Virus record (IMG/VR): IMGVR_UViG_3300033153_005812
Location: 11,915 to 75,914 of that record
Origin: a virus
DNA: 64,000 nt
Reading direction: 5' to 3' (one strand)
The translations under genes were made by a program, and so were the position numbers. The notes beneath the pieces are model-generated. The model was given only the letters and a program-made list of their open reading frames with translations, made no database searches and was not told the origin of the DNA. Every line of letters starts with the position of its first letter. Within the stretch, counting starts at the first letter, position 1. Of the stretch, positions 1 to 10,030 are shown piece by piece.

Positions 1-276
1 AAATACGATGTATCTGCAGCGGAAGCTTACGGTAAAATAATTTATCTTATCGATGATTATCTACCACCGTTCGATCCAGATAAAACTATTGAGCGTATAA
101 GGTTTGAATTAGATCAAGCAAAATTTAATCCTAATCAAGATGCGATAGTTCTCACCGGAGCATCGATTCTTGTTTCGATGTTCTTAGCTGTACTCACTTT
201 TGATTATGGAAAAGTAAAGACCTTGCTTTTCGACGCACGAACAGGACGTTATAAGTTAGTCGTTATAGAAATGTAA
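1..276 (+). CDS. 5'-truncated hypothetical phage protein
   Basis: Frame 1 is open from base 1 (KYDVSAAEAYGKIIYL...RYKLVVIEM) to TAA at 274-276; the start lies outside the window. Confidence 0.6.
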   Translation, partial: KYDVSAAEAYGKIIYLIDDYLPPFDPDKTIERIRFELDQAKFNPNQDAIVLTGASILVSMFLAVLTFDYGKVKTLLFDARTGRYKLVVIEM

Positions 277-355
277 AGGTGAAACAACTATAAAAGTTCT
301 TGATGTTCAACCATACGCTATTTTAGGAAATTATAGTTAAAGGAGAAAAAGAACA

Positions 356-940
356 ATGTTTTCAGTCATCACAAAATATCTACCAAAGCCAATACGTATC
401 AAAAAAGGTGTTGCGAAAAAACTTCAAAGTGTATTCGGAGAATGTCAACTCTTATATAATTTGGTTTACGGTTTCTTGAGTGAATCAACTCCTGCTATAA
501 AATCTAAGGCTCTAAGCAACGAAGAGCTCACAGATTTTGGTTTTCTTTGTAGGGAATTGGAGAAATTATTCGATGAGCTACGAAAAGAATGCAAAGCTCG
601 AAAAGAACTTTGTGGGAGTGTAATTGCTTATCGATTGATTCAAGAATCTTTGACAGATCCTACAATTACTATGAAGTCGAAAGGGGAATTAGCGACTGGG
701 ACGCCAAATCTAAAAATGGAAGTTCAGTTACCGAAGAAGTTTACAGATGAATATTTTCAACTGACAGATTTCTTCGGTGTTCCCAGAGAAGTTGCGGAGA
801 CCGGTATTTTACGTCTTGATTGGAAAATGGTCACAACATATTGTACGAAACTCTTAGAGGATGGGAAATCAATCCCAGAAGGTTTTGGGAAAAAATATCC
901 CCGGTATGTAACAACATACAGAAGAACGAAGGGAGGTTGA
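356..940 (+). CDS. hypothetical protein (replication region)
   Basis: 194-aa ORF with AAGGAG RBS; no family recognised. Confidence 0.6.
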   Translation: MFSVITKYLPKPIRIKKGVAKKLQSVFGECQLLYNLVYGFLSESTPAIKSKALSNEELTDFGFLCRELEKLFDELRKECKARKELCGSVIAYRLIQESLTDPTITMKSKGELATGTPNLKMEVQLPKKFTDEYFQLTDFFGVPREVAETGILRLDWKMVTTYCTKLLEDGKSIPEGFGKKYPRYVTTYRRTKGG

Positions 941-1014
941 AACAAAAAAGAAAACCCTGATAATTGTTGGTGAGAGAATCAATGTAAATTAATCTAAATT
1001 TTGGAGACCTGATT

Positions 1015-1902
1015 ATGAGTGAAAATGGTAACGGTCAGAACGGCCAAAGTAAAAAGGCAAGCAGAACGGAAACTGCGATCAACAAAGTTGAGGGGATAGA
1101 TCCAAACTATCTTCAGAAGTACATCGAAGATGATAAGAGTTTGGACACCCTCAAAGAACAGCGTGTGGTTCCGCGGTTGAAGATTATTCAGGCGACATCG
1201 GAGACTGAGCTGAAGAGTCACTTTGGCGAGGGTACTGTTATTGTTCGTCCTGGCGATGCTATGATCTGCAAATTTAACGACGATCCACGTTCGTTCGACT
1301 TTGTCCCTCTGTTCTTTTTCATAGAGTGGGCGAAGTGGGCAGATCTTCGAGCCGGTTCCGGACCAATGATCTTAGATCGAACTCACGACGCTTCCAGTGA
1401 GATCGCTATCAAATCGAAAAACTTTGAGACGCGTACAGAGGTTTATCCGGGGCACGCACAACTCCCAGAGCCCGATAAGCATTATTATCGCTATGTCGAA
1501 CATCTCAGGTTCATCGGGCTTATCTACGGCGATCATCCTTTGGCAGGGACTCCGGTGACGTTGTCTTTCGAACGTGGTGAATGGGGTCAAGGAAAGAATT
1601 TCATCTCTGCCGTAACATTGCGAAGGCAAACGATAGGTGATACTCCTCGCCCAGTTCCGCTCTGGGCTCAGGTATGGAGACTCTCACCGAAGTTTAGAGA
1701 GCCTGATGCAAGCAGAAAATGGTATGGCTTCGGTTTCGAGCCTGCTGATCCGTCTCTTATAAGAGAAGATGAGGCAGAAGCTATGTCGGCTTTGCACACC
1801 GAATTCAAAGAGCTCTTTAAGCAATCGAGGTTGATGGTTCAGGATGAACCGACCGAGCAGACCGTCGACGAAGCTGAGACAAAAGCCCATAAAGACTTCT
1901 AA
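1015..1902 (+). CDS. putative ssDNA-binding/annealing protein
   Basis: PRLKIIQ N-terminal motif, aromatic beta-rich core, acidic C-terminal tail ending in F, GGAG RBS, upstream of the primase-helicase and followed by a terminator. Confidence 0.5.
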   Translation: MSENGNGQNGQSKKASRTETAINKVEGIDPNYLQKYIEDDKSLDTLKEQRVVPRLKIIQATSETELKSHFGEGTVIVRPGDAMICKFNDDPRSFDFVPLFFFIEWAKWADLRAGSGPMILDRTHDASSEIAIKSKNFETRTEVYPGHAQLPEPDKHYYRYVEHLRFIGLIYGDHPLAGTPVTLSFERGEWGQGKNFISAVTLRRQTIGDTPRPVPLWAQVWRLSPKFREPDASRKWYGFGFEPADPSLIREDEAEAMSALHTEFKELFKQSRLMVQDEPTEQTVDEAETKAHKDF

Positions 1903-1929
1903 ATTTGAACCTTGTTTTTACTAACTAAT

Positions 1930-1965
1930 TAGCAGCGGGATGTGAATATGTTCCGCTGCTATTTT
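1930..1965 (+). terminator. intrinsic terminator
   Basis: TAGCAGCGG...CCGCTGCTA stem followed by TTTT. Confidence 0.6.
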
Positions 1966-1969
1966 GCTC

Positions 1970-2039
1970 AGCCTATAACACCGACTCACTCCCGCAGAGG
2001 CTCTGAGCGATCGCTGGGGAAGCCGATATCAGGCTGTAA
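1970..2039 (+). repeat. dispersed 70-bp intergenic element, copy A
   Basis: AGCCTATAACACCGACTCACTCCCGCAGAGGCTCTGAGCGATCGCTGGGGAAGCCGATATCAGGCTGTAA; 69/70 identical to 54291-54360. Confidence 0.9.
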
Positions 2040-2079
2040 ATCACGTTTTAGACGTTATCAGCCTTTTCAGGAAAATTAA

Positions 2080-4953
2080 GTGTCGTACAACATCAAAGCC
2101 ATAAATGCTTTAGCTGAATTAGAAAGATATGGTTGGACGTATCAACCGTCTGGATCAGATGAAGTTAGATGTCTTTGTCCAGTGCACGACGATGAACATC
2201 CCAGTCTTTTCCTTAACATAGAAAAAAATGTTTGGATCTGTCATGCTTCGCAATGTAGAGCTCATGGCGATATAATCGCACTTCTTGCTCACATCGGTAA
2301 AGTTCAACGAAAAACAATCATCGCAGATTTATTGACAAGATACCCGGATCTACAAGACATTAAAATTGTAGATCAAAAACGAATAGAAAAATTTCATCAG
2401 GCGATTTGGAAATCTGGTTCTTTCTTACAAGAATTATATAAGAGAGGAGTGACGGATGACGATATAAGAGAACAGAGAATTGGTTTCAATGGCGAGCGAA
2501 TAATTATTCCTGTTTATAATTTGCAGAAGCAAGTGATCAATCTTCGTAAATATATGCCAGGAGCTCCCGGTCATGAGAAGATGAGAAATCTTAAAGGATA
2601 CAGCACTTTAGCTTTATATATGCCAGAACAGTTAAAGTATGAAACAATATGGATTTGCGGTGGAGAATTGAAAGCTCTCGTAGCTAAGAGATTATTAAAT
2701 CCTGAGAATATTGGAGCGACATCGGTAACTGGAGCAGAGGGTGCTTGGCATAAAACTTTTATCCCGTTCTTCAAAGACAAATTTGTTTTTATCTGTATGG
2801 ATATTGATGTTGGTGGTGTAACAGCAGCGAAAACTGTTGCTCAACAAATTCTTCGAGTTGCGAAGGCTGTCTTTATAGTACATTTACCGTTAGACGAACG
2901 AAAATATCCGAAAGGTGATATCAATGATTGGGTGGGAAGTGAGAAAGCTACTACTCAAGATTTCTTAGCTTTAATGAAAAATGCTAAGAAATATATGCCT
3001 CAAGAAATCTTAGATGAGGTAGATAATTCTGAACCCAAAAGATGTAGGTTGATAGAAGCAGGGAAAGCAAATAACATAGGGATTAAAATTCAATGCGATG
3101 CAGTTATTTCAACTATAAGTGAAGATACTCTTATAATAACGAAAGAAGTAGATATAGCTTGTACGCGAGATACTAAATTCTGTGCGTTGTGTCTTGTAAA
3201 TTCTAAAGAACCAGATGAAGAAACTGGTTTAACTCGAATCAAAATACAAGCTACAAATCCGGCGATATTAGAAATGCTGAATTCATCGCCCTCGAAATTG
3301 AAATCTGCTGTGCTATCATCTCTGAATGTTCCAGACTGTAAGTCTGCAAAAGTTAAACCATTTTCGTATTATAACATCGTGGATACAAGGCTGACTAATC
3401 CTTTAGAAATACACAGTGAGGAAAGTGAGCATATTGTTCAACCTGCATATATAATCACCGATAAGATTTTAGATCTAAATATTCCTTACACAATTATTGG
3501 TAAGGCATATCCTCATCCCATAAATTGGGCCGGTGTTCTTCTTATTGACGCGGTAGAAGAAAAAGAAGATAGTTTATCATCTTATGTTTTCAACGATGAA
3601 GATTATGAACAATTGAAAATTTTCCGACCTGAAGAATGGTCTTATGAAGGTTTGGAAGAAAAGCTGAATTGCATTTATAAAGATTTCGCTTATAATGTAA
3701 CTCGCATTTTTCAACGTCAAGACTTACATCTTGCAATGGACTTGGCTTATCATTCAGTTTTACATTTTAACTTTGAAGGTCAAGTTCAGAATGGATTGAT
3801 AGATTGTCTTGTGTCTGGAGATAGTTCTCAAGGTAAAAGTGAAGTCGCTATTCGTCTCATACAACATTATAAATTAGGAATGAGACACGATTGTGGAGGT
3901 GCTACGATATCTGGTCTTCTTGGAGGAGTAGAACAGATGGGAAACAAGTGGTTCGTTAAGTGGGGTATAATTCCAATCTATGATATGCAATTGGTTATCT
4001 TAGAAGAAATAAAAGGAGCCAGTGTTGAAGTTTTAGGTAAGCTGCGTGATATGAGAACCTCTAAAATCGCTGAGATAATGAAAATAGCACGGCGAAAAAC
4101 TCATGCAAGAACTCGTATAATAATGATCTCTAATCCACGTAGTGATAGAGCTGTATCTTCTTATAGTTATGGAATAACTATTGTAAAAGAACTAATGGGT
4201 AATCTGGAAGATGTTCGCCGCTTTGATTTCGCTTTAATATTAGCTCAACAGGAAATAGATAGAAAAGTTATAAATGATTTTCAGCGAAATCAAAATATGG
4301 TAGAACCATATTATTCTTCAAAAATTTGTAAGAAAAATGTTTTATATGCGTGGACTCGAAAAGTGGATCAAATAAAGTTTGAAGACAAATTCCGTAATTT
4401 GTGTTTAGACTATGCAAATAAATTGTGCTCCAAATTTTCTGAGTCATTGCCTCTTTGTGACAAAGGGACTATGAGACATAAATTAGCCAGGATAGCTATC
4501 GCTTTAGCTTGTAGAACTTTTAGCACTACCGATGATTACAGAATAGTATTAGTGAGAGAGTGTCATATTAAATACGCCTATAGATTTCTAAATAGAATTT
4601 ATAGTGCTCCTTACTGCGGCTACGATGGTTATTCTAAAGCAGAACGACAACATTCGCAATTACAAAATACGGATAAGATAAAATCAGCATTAAAAGAGAC
4701 AAAACATCCACGAACTTTACTCGAACAGATATTATACGCAGAGAGAATAAGTCTTGTAGATCTTCAATCGTGGTGTGAAATAGATCGAGATAACGCTCAA
4801 AGATTGTTATCTTTATTAGATCGCAATGGAGCTCTACATAGAGATTCAGGTGGATTTGAATATGTAAAATCAGCAGGCTTTATAAGTGCGTTGAAAGAAA
4901 TGCTGATAGACAAAACTTTTACAGATAATGTTGCTGAAAGTTCGGAGTTCTAA
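2080..4953 (+). CDS. primase-helicase: CHC2 zinc finger + TOPRIM + MCM-like AAA+ helicase
   Basis: CPVHDDEHPS...CHASQC zinc-binding domain; TOPRIM DxD (CMDID) and KGDIND; central Cys cluster; Walker A GDSSQGKS, Walker B LVILEE, sensor ISNPR, arginine-finger-like VRRFD (MCM SRFD). Confidence 0.8.
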   Translation: MSYNIKAINALAELERYGWTYQPSGSDEVRCLCPVHDDEHPSLFLNIEKNVWICHASQCRAHGDIIALLAHIGKVQRKTIIADLLTRYPDLQDIKIVDQKRIEKFHQAIWKSGSFLQELYKRGVTDDDIREQRIGFNGERIIIPVYNLQKQVINLRKYMPGAPGHEKMRNLKGYSTLALYMPEQLKYETIWICGGELKALVAKRLLNPENIGATSVTGAEGAWHKTFIPFFKDKFVFICMDIDVGGVTAAKTVAQQILRVAKAVFIVHLPLDERKYPKGDINDWVGSEKATTQDFLALMKNAKKYMPQEILDEVDNSEPKRCRLIEAGKANNIGIKIQCDAVISTISEDTLIITKEVDIACTRDTKFCALCLVNSKEPDEETGLTRIKIQATNPAILEMLNSSPSKLKSAVLSSLNVPDCKSAKVKPFSYYNIVDTRLTNPLEIHSEESEHIVQPAYIITDKILDLNIPYTIIGKAYPHPINWAGVLLIDAVEEKEDSLSSYVFNDEDYEQLKIFRPEEWSYEGLEEKLNCIYKDFAYNVTRIFQRQDLHLAMDLAYHSVLHFNFEGQVQNGLIDCLVSGDSSQGKSEVAIRLIQHYKLGMRHDCGGATISGLLGGVEQMGNKWFVKWGIIPIYDMQLVILEEIKGASVEVLGKLRDMRTSKIAEIMKIARRKTHARTRIIMISNPRSDRAVSSYSYGITIVKELMGNLEDVRRFDFALILAQQEIDRKVINDFQRNQNMVEPYYSSKICKKNVLYAWTRKVDQIKFEDKFRNLCLDYANKLCSKFSESLPLCDKGTMRHKLARIAIALACRTFSTTDDYRIVLVRECHIKYAYRFLNRIYSAPYCGYDGYSKAERQHSQLQNTDKIKSALKETKHPRTLLEQILYAERISLVDLQSWCEIDRDNAQRLLSLLDRNGALHRDSGGFEYVKSAGFISALKEMLIDKTFTDNVAESSEF

Positions 4954-4954
4954 G

Positions 4955-5488
4955 ATGAGAAATCTACAAGATTTAGTGCGTGAATTTAATGAAGCAAATG
5001 GATTTCCAGTCAATAGTTTGTTGCTGGATAAAAATGGACCGGCGAAAGGTCCTCTTTGGGTTTTATGGTATGTAAAGATTATAGGTTACATACTTTTGAT
5101 TCTTGGTAGAATCAGTGTCTGGCTCGACAAGCTGACAACAAAATTAGGACATAGAGATCCGAGGATCTTCAGGTGTCATATTATGGTAGATGAATTGGGA
5201 GAAACTTTGGTTGCTATCTCTAATAATGATGAGATAGAAGTTGCAGATGGATTAGCTGATTTAGCTTATGTTCTATTCGGGACAGCCGTCTTACACAATA
5301 TACCTTTAGAAACAATCTTCAGGGAGGTTCATCGTTCGAATTTAACGAAAGGATTTATTCCTGGCCAAGACGGTAGAATTAAAGGTCTTTATAGAACAAA
5401 GAAATATTCGCCACCGAATATCAAAGCTGCTATCTATGTTGGCAGAAAAATGAATGATGGAGGTACTACTGATGTCGTTGATAATTGA
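4955..5488 (+). CDS. MazG-like all-alpha NTP pyrophosphohydrolase (DR2231/dUTPase-like)
   Basis: DELGE...EVADGLADLAYV...EVHRSNLTK motifs; ATG at 4955 preferred. Confidence 0.75.
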   Translation: MRNLQDLVREFNEANGFPVNSLLLDKNGPAKGPLWVLWYVKIIGYILLILGRISVWLDKLTTKLGHRDPRIFRCHIMVDELGETLVAISNNDEIEVADGLADLAYVLFGTAVLHNIPLETIFREVHRSNLTKGFIPGQDGRIKGLYRTKKYSPPNIKAAIYVGRKMNDGGTTDVVDN

Positions 5489-6038
5489 AGGTTCTGATAA
5501 TTTAGGTAAAACTACTTTCGCCAAGAAACTTATAAGGTATGTTTGGGATCATGATAGATATCCTTGTATGTATTCTTGGATGACAAGGCCAAATGAAGAG
5601 ACATTCGACTTCTTCGAAAGTTATAAGATGATGATCAATCCTTATACAGTACAGGATAGATTTCATCTTGGGGCTTTAGCTTATCACGAAGATAGAATCT
5701 CAAATAGCAATTTGATTAAGATCGAAGAATGGATTCGAGATATAGGTGGGTTTGTAGTTTTATTCTATGCTAAGGATGAGGACTGGTATAAAGATCAAAT
5801 TGCTAAAGATAGAAGAGGCAACTTGCTTGCGAACGAAATTCTATGCAAAGGTAATTCTATTTTCACAGCTATCACTACTGGTCTTCATCCACTACGTCCA
5901 GATTTCAAATATGCTTTTGATATTAGTGGAGGGAATTATGTTAGCGATGAAAATATCGCACGTATTGCAGAAACTTGGATGAGATACAGACAAAGAGCAA
6001 TGGAACAACTTGTTAGGATCCAGAATGAATTGGTTTGA
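5472..6038 (+). CDS. P-loop nucleoside monophosphate kinase (thymidylate-kinase-like)
   Basis: LIIEGSDNLGKTT P-loop and DRFH motif; GGAGG RBS before ATG at 5472. Confidence 0.7.
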   Translation: MSLIIEGSDNLGKTTFAKKLIRYVWDHDRYPCMYSWMTRPNEETFDFFESYKMMINPYTVQDRFHLGALAYHEDRISNSNLIKIEEWIRDIGGFVVLFYAKDEDWYKDQIAKDRRGNLLANEILCKGNSIFTAITTGLHPLRPDFKYAFDISGGNYVSDENIARIAETWMRYRQRAMEQLVRIQNELV

Positions 6039-6261
6039 ACTTTTAGGTATAATTAGTTTGATTTTTGCAATAGCAGGGTCTCTATTAAATAATCGTAAAA
6101 TGATTGTTTGTTTCCCTATTTGGATGATTGCAAATTTAATATGTTTTGGAATGCATCTTCAAATTATTATAACTTTAGGTCAAGGTTGGTCGCTCGCTGC
6201 GAAAGATGTGGCTTTCATGTATATTTGTATCGACGGTTATTTTCGGTGGAGAAAAAAGTAG
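6025..6261 (+). CDS. small membrane protein, PnuC/SemiSWEET-like
   Basis: About three hydrophobic helices, PIWMIAN motif and C-terminal GYFRW. Confidence 0.45.
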   Translation: MNWFELLGIISLIFAIAGSLLNNRKMIVCFPIWMIANLICFGMHLQIIITLGQGWSLAAKDVAFMYICIDGYFRWRKK

Positions 6262-6328
6262 AATGGAATCGCATTTACAATTACAACTTTTAGAAGCTTT
6301 TGTAGGAGCTACAAAAGGAGACAAGACA

Positions 6329-6838
6329 ATGGAAGATCTAATTAAGAGAGTAATTCTGCAGTCTTTTAGAGACATCAAGAAAGCGGCGAGGAAAAATCAG
6401 AAGTGTCAGAGAAAAGGATGCGGCTGTGTTATTTTAGAAATCAACCTTCGAGAAAGTTTGATTCAACATTTCGCAGCCGTAAATGGACCCTCTGGTCCTA
6501 AGAATAAATGTTCTAATATCAAAGGAGCCTGCGGCTGTTCACATGCTGAACCGAGAGCTATTATGAAGTATCTAAAGCAACGAAAGCCCAGAATTAAGAG
6601 GGATTATATTAAGACTATTCTACTCACAACTTTTTCTTCGTGTGTGAATTGTGCTAATATCATCGTTGATTCTGGCGTCATAGATGTAGTTATATATGAG
6701 TTCCTTGCTACTCACTGGGCGACTCCGCCTCACGATGCAAAAAGTATGCTTGATCGTAGTCTTTTGCATTGGTCGAAGAAAGAGATTATAAAAGACAAGG
6801 ATAATAAGTTGATTAAAAAATGGCTTTTCGAGAATTAA
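6329..6838 (+). CDS. dCMP deaminase-like zinc deaminase
   Basis: CSHAE and SSCVNC zinc motifs, N-terminal C..RKGCGCVI; AAGGAG RBS before ATG at 6329. Confidence 0.75.
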   Translation: MEDLIKRVILQSFRDIKKAARKNQKCQRKGCGCVILEINLRESLIQHFAAVNGPSGPKNKCSNIKGACGCSHAEPRAIMKYLKQRKPRIKRDYIKTILLTTFSSCVNCANIIVDSGVIDVVIYEFLATHWATPPHDAKSMLDRSLLHWSKKEIIKDKDNKLIKKWLFEN

Positions 6839-6839
6839 G

Positions 6840-8831
6840 ATGATTGACATACGTGGAAATTTTCATATTATTGAAGAGCTCTCGGAGCTTCCTAATCTGC
6901 AGAATCGCAAAGAAATTTTTTGCGATGTAGAAACAAAACGAGTCTTCGATAATGATAAAGTCGGCGGTCTCTACCCATGGAAAGGAGATAAGATCTGTGG
7001 TTTTAGTGTAACTGCAGATAACATCAAAGATATTTGGTATCTCCCCGTTAGACATACGAGTCCGAATGCAAAGAATCTCCCTTTAGAACCTGCAATGAAT
7101 TGGATTCGAGATATCCTACAAAGTTGTGGCGATTGGATCAATCACTTTGTAAAATTCGACGCTCTAATGTTCAGTGTTGGAGATAGCGTAGAATTTGATT
7201 GTCGCCTCATAGACACTTGTGTTTTCGCGAAAGTTTATTACAGTGATAGATTCGGCTATAGTCTAAAACCGCTCTGCCGAGACTGGTTGAATTACGATAC
7301 AGGAAGTTTAGACAGAGTTACGACTTATTTAGATAGCCTGAGACCTAAATCTAAATCTTATGCAGATGTACCTATCGATCTTCTTGGTGAATACTGTTGT
7401 GATGATGTACAAATGAACCGAGAATTATATCGTTATCTACAGATAAAAATGCCAGAACAAGTGAAAGGTGTTATAGAGACAGAAATAAAGTTGACTCCGG
7501 TTCTATTCGATATAGAGAAAAGAGGTTTGTGCGTTGATACAACCGAATGTAAAATAGCTTCTGCAAAATCTTTGAGAACAATGATAAGTTCTTCTTCAGA
7601 ACTTGTCGAGTTAACTGGGCGAGAATTTGTCAATTCTAATGCTTGTATCTATGATATCTTAGTAACACAGTTCGGTCTTCCTATTTTAGCGACGATAAAG
7701 AAAAAGGACAAAGAATCCCACCAGACTTTTGACACTGGCCGTCCTACTTTCGATAAAGACTCTTTATTATTGTATCAAATTTGTCCTGAAGTTCTCAATG
7801 ATCCAAAGTTGACTCGAATAGTAGAACTCATCCAAACATATCGTAGAGAATCACAGTTCAAAAGTCTATATCTCGATACGTTTTTAGAACTCAATGCAGA
7901 TGGAATTATTCATCCTAACTACAATCAAGTTGTACGAACAGGAAGATTGTCTTGCAGTAAGCCGAGTTCACAGCAACAAAATAGTCGTTCGAAAGCTCTT
8001 ATTCATCCTTATCCGGGTTATGGTTTTCTTTCTAAAGATTATTCGCAAATTGAATATCGCTTGATTGTCCATTATATAAAAGATGAAAAAGCGATAAAAG
8101 CATATAACGATGATCCTAATACAGACTTCCATAAATGGGTGTCTGAGTTACTAATGATAGATAGAAAATCTGGTAAGACATTGAATTTCGGTATGGCTTA
8201 TGGAGCGGGAAAGCCTCGTGTAATGAAAGGGCTCATGTCTAATGAACATATAATTGAAATTATGACAAACAAGGTCGATGAACTAATAGAGAGTGGAAAG
8301 TTAGATCCAAACTTAAGAGGTGTGAAATTTCAAGAGTTATGTCGAACTCACGCAAACGAAAGTTATGAAAAGTATCATCTTCAAATGCCTGGGATTAAAA
8401 GAACTTCAAAAAAGGCTGTAGAAGTTGCTTCTATGAGAGGATTTGTTTTCAATGCTTATGGTCGTCGCCGTTATTTACCTGGAAGAGCTTCCTACAAAGC
8501 ATTCAATACAATCGTTCAAAGTGGGGCCGCAGATATAATGAAAGAGCGAATTATAGCTATTTCTCCTCGTTATAATTCTGAGTCAAAAAAGTGGGGTATA
8601 GAACTTGATGCTAATGTTCACGACGAGTTATTGGATTCGGTTCCTCTGGATGTTTTATATAATCCCGAATTGCATAAGTTCGCATGTGATTTGATGGAAG
8701 AGACCACAGTGAAATTTAGAGTACCTATAAAAATAGGTTTAGGGATAAGTCCAAATAATTGGAGTGAAGCTGCTGGAGATAACACGATATGTGATGATAA
8801 TGGTGAATTCATAGCGGGAAAATTCATATAG
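6840..8831 (+). CDS. family A DNA polymerase with 3'-5' exonuclease
   Basis: Exo motifs DVET, KFD and YCCDD; TGRLS; motif A DYSQIEYR, motif B KTLNFGMAYG, motif C VHDEL. Confidence 0.92.
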   Translation: MIDIRGNFHIIEELSELPNLQNRKEIFCDVETKRVFDNDKVGGLYPWKGDKICGFSVTADNIKDIWYLPVRHTSPNAKNLPLEPAMNWIRDILQSCGDWINHFVKFDALMFSVGDSVEFDCRLIDTCVFAKVYYSDRFGYSLKPLCRDWLNYDTGSLDRVTTYLDSLRPKSKSYADVPIDLLGEYCCDDVQMNRELYRYLQIKMPEQVKGVIETEIKLTPVLFDIEKRGLCVDTTECKIASAKSLRTMISSSSELVELTGREFVNSNACIYDILVTQFGLPILATIKKKDKESHQTFDTGRPTFDKDSLLLYQICPEVLNDPKLTRIVELIQTYRRESQFKSLYLDTFLELNADGIIHPNYNQVVRTGRLSCSKPSSQQQNSRSKALIHPYPGYGFLSKDYSQIEYRLIVHYIKDEKAIKAYNDDPNTDFHKWVSELLMIDRKSGKTLNFGMAYGAGKPRVMKGLMSNEHIIEIMTNKVDELIESGKLDPNLRGVKFQELCRTHANESYEKYHLQMPGIKRTSKKAVEVASMRGFVFNAYGRRRYLPGRASYKAFNTIVQSGAADIMKERIIAISPRYNSESKKWGIELDANVHDELLDSVPLDVLYNPELHKFACDLMEETTVKFRVPIKIGLGISPNNWSEAAGDNTICDDNGEFIAGKFI

Positions 8832-8930
8832 CCTAAAAACGAGCTCTCAGTTCGCTCTCAGTGAGCCAAACGAGACGACTCCGGCCCTATAGTACCCCGT
8901 ATCTCAGGTCAGAGCAACTGAGAGCCCTGT
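8832..8930. repeat. GC-rich intergenic element with phased CTCTCAG/CTGAGAG motifs
   Basis: CTCTCAGTTCGCTCTCAGTGAGCC on the left and AGAGCAACTGAGAG on the right; the reverse complement of the left arm recurs at about 27959-27982. Confidence 0.55.
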
Positions 8931-9001
8931 AAGTTATCACAGTTACTGGAGTTATGTAAAGTAGGAATTTTTCACAATTTTGTAGGATTTTTATTTTTTC
9001 A

Positions 9002-9031
9002 TTTGCTTTGTTCTAAAAATAGGTTATACTT
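9002..9031 (+). promoter_or_regulatory. sigma70-like early promoter, copy 1
   Basis: TTGCTT-16 nt-TATACT with an AT-rich upstream tract; nearly identical to 23110-23139. Confidence 0.7.
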
Positions 9032-9085
9032 AATATAGTTAGTGAAAATCAATATCACAAGGTTAAATTTTTAGGAGACAAAGAA

Positions 9086-9439
9086 ATGGGAAAATCGAAA
9101 AGCAAAGTTAGGGCCTCTGTGAAGAAGGCGAAGACGGTTAAAATCGCTATGAATAAAGAACTTGCGGCTTCTATCGCTGCTCTCGAGAAAGTCGTCGTGC
9201 CAACGAATCTTGTCGATTGCAGGGATCGGCTGATCGTCTCGCTTACTAAGTTGAACGATCGCATTCATACTGAGGCCAGAAAAGCTGTTAAGACCGCCGA
9301 GCGTGAAGCTGCGAAAGTCATTCGCGAAAAGGCGAAGGCCGAGCGGGCTGCGGCGAAGGCCGAGCGGAATAAAGCCAAAGCCGTAAAGCTCCAAGAGCAG
9401 ATTAGAAAGCTCCAGGCTCAGGTTAGTTCGCTCAGCTAA
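9086..9439 (+). CDS. Lys/Ala-rich basic coiled-coil protein
   Basis: 117 aa, very K/A/R-rich, AGGAG RBS, first gene after the promoter. Confidence 0.65.
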   Translation: MGKSKSKVRASVKKAKTVKIAMNKELAASIAALEKVVVPTNLVDCRDRLIVSLTKLNDRIHTEARKAVKTAEREAAKVIREKAKAERAAAKAERNKAKAVKLQEQIRKLQAQVSSLS

Positions 9440-9521
9440 AAGACGGTGAGCAAGTTTATCATAGATCGTTCTATGATACTGACGAGATAACGTAAAAATC
9501 AAATTTCTATGGAGACCAAAA

Positions 9522-10016
9522 ATGGCGAAATCAAATTCAAATGTCACAAAAGTAGGAGGAGCAGGAGCAGAGAAGTCGATCACCACAAAGGAAATCCCGG
9601 AAAAGGCAAAAGGCCGTGTTGACTTCCCGAAGAAATCTGCGATGTATCGAGACAAGGACGGAAACGTAATAACAGCATTGAACGCAGAAGGTTTACTACT
9701 TGCCGTGCCAGCGACAATCCTCGACGGGGAGAAAGTCGTATATTCCGGCTTTGATCCTCGGAAGCATAATCCGCTTAAGAAAAGCGATTTCGTTTCTATG
9801 GCGACATTTTTGCAATATCAAGGTTACGTCGCTCGTTCTCGTGCCGCTCGCCTTATCAAGGTCGCTGAGACCAAAGAAGCCGCAGCAAGTCGGCTTCTGA
9901 AATTCGGCGATGAGCAGACTCGCAAGAAGGCCGCAAAAATCGCCAAGATGCGTGATCAGCTCAAAGCTCTGGAAATGCAGCTCATGGAAGAGGGTATCGA
10001 TGTCTCGGACATCTAA
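9522..10016 (+). CDS. basic hypothetical protein
   Basis: 164 aa, GGAG RBS, followed by a terminator. Confidence 0.65.
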   Translation: MAKSNSNVTKVGGAGAEKSITTKEIPEKAKGRVDFPKKSAMYRDKDGNVITALNAEGLLLAVPATILDGEKVVYSGFDPRKHNPLKKSDFVSMATFLQYQGYVARSRAARLIKVAETKEAAASRLLKFGDEQTRKKAAKIAKMRDQLKALEMQLMEEGIDVSDI

Positions 10017-10030
10017 AAGCTATACTTGGA

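Noticed and set aside
2006-2015. GCGATCGC as cyanobacterial HIP1 indicating the host
   Set aside because: I noticed it only inside the dispersed element, not genome-wide, and no cyanophage marker genes are present.
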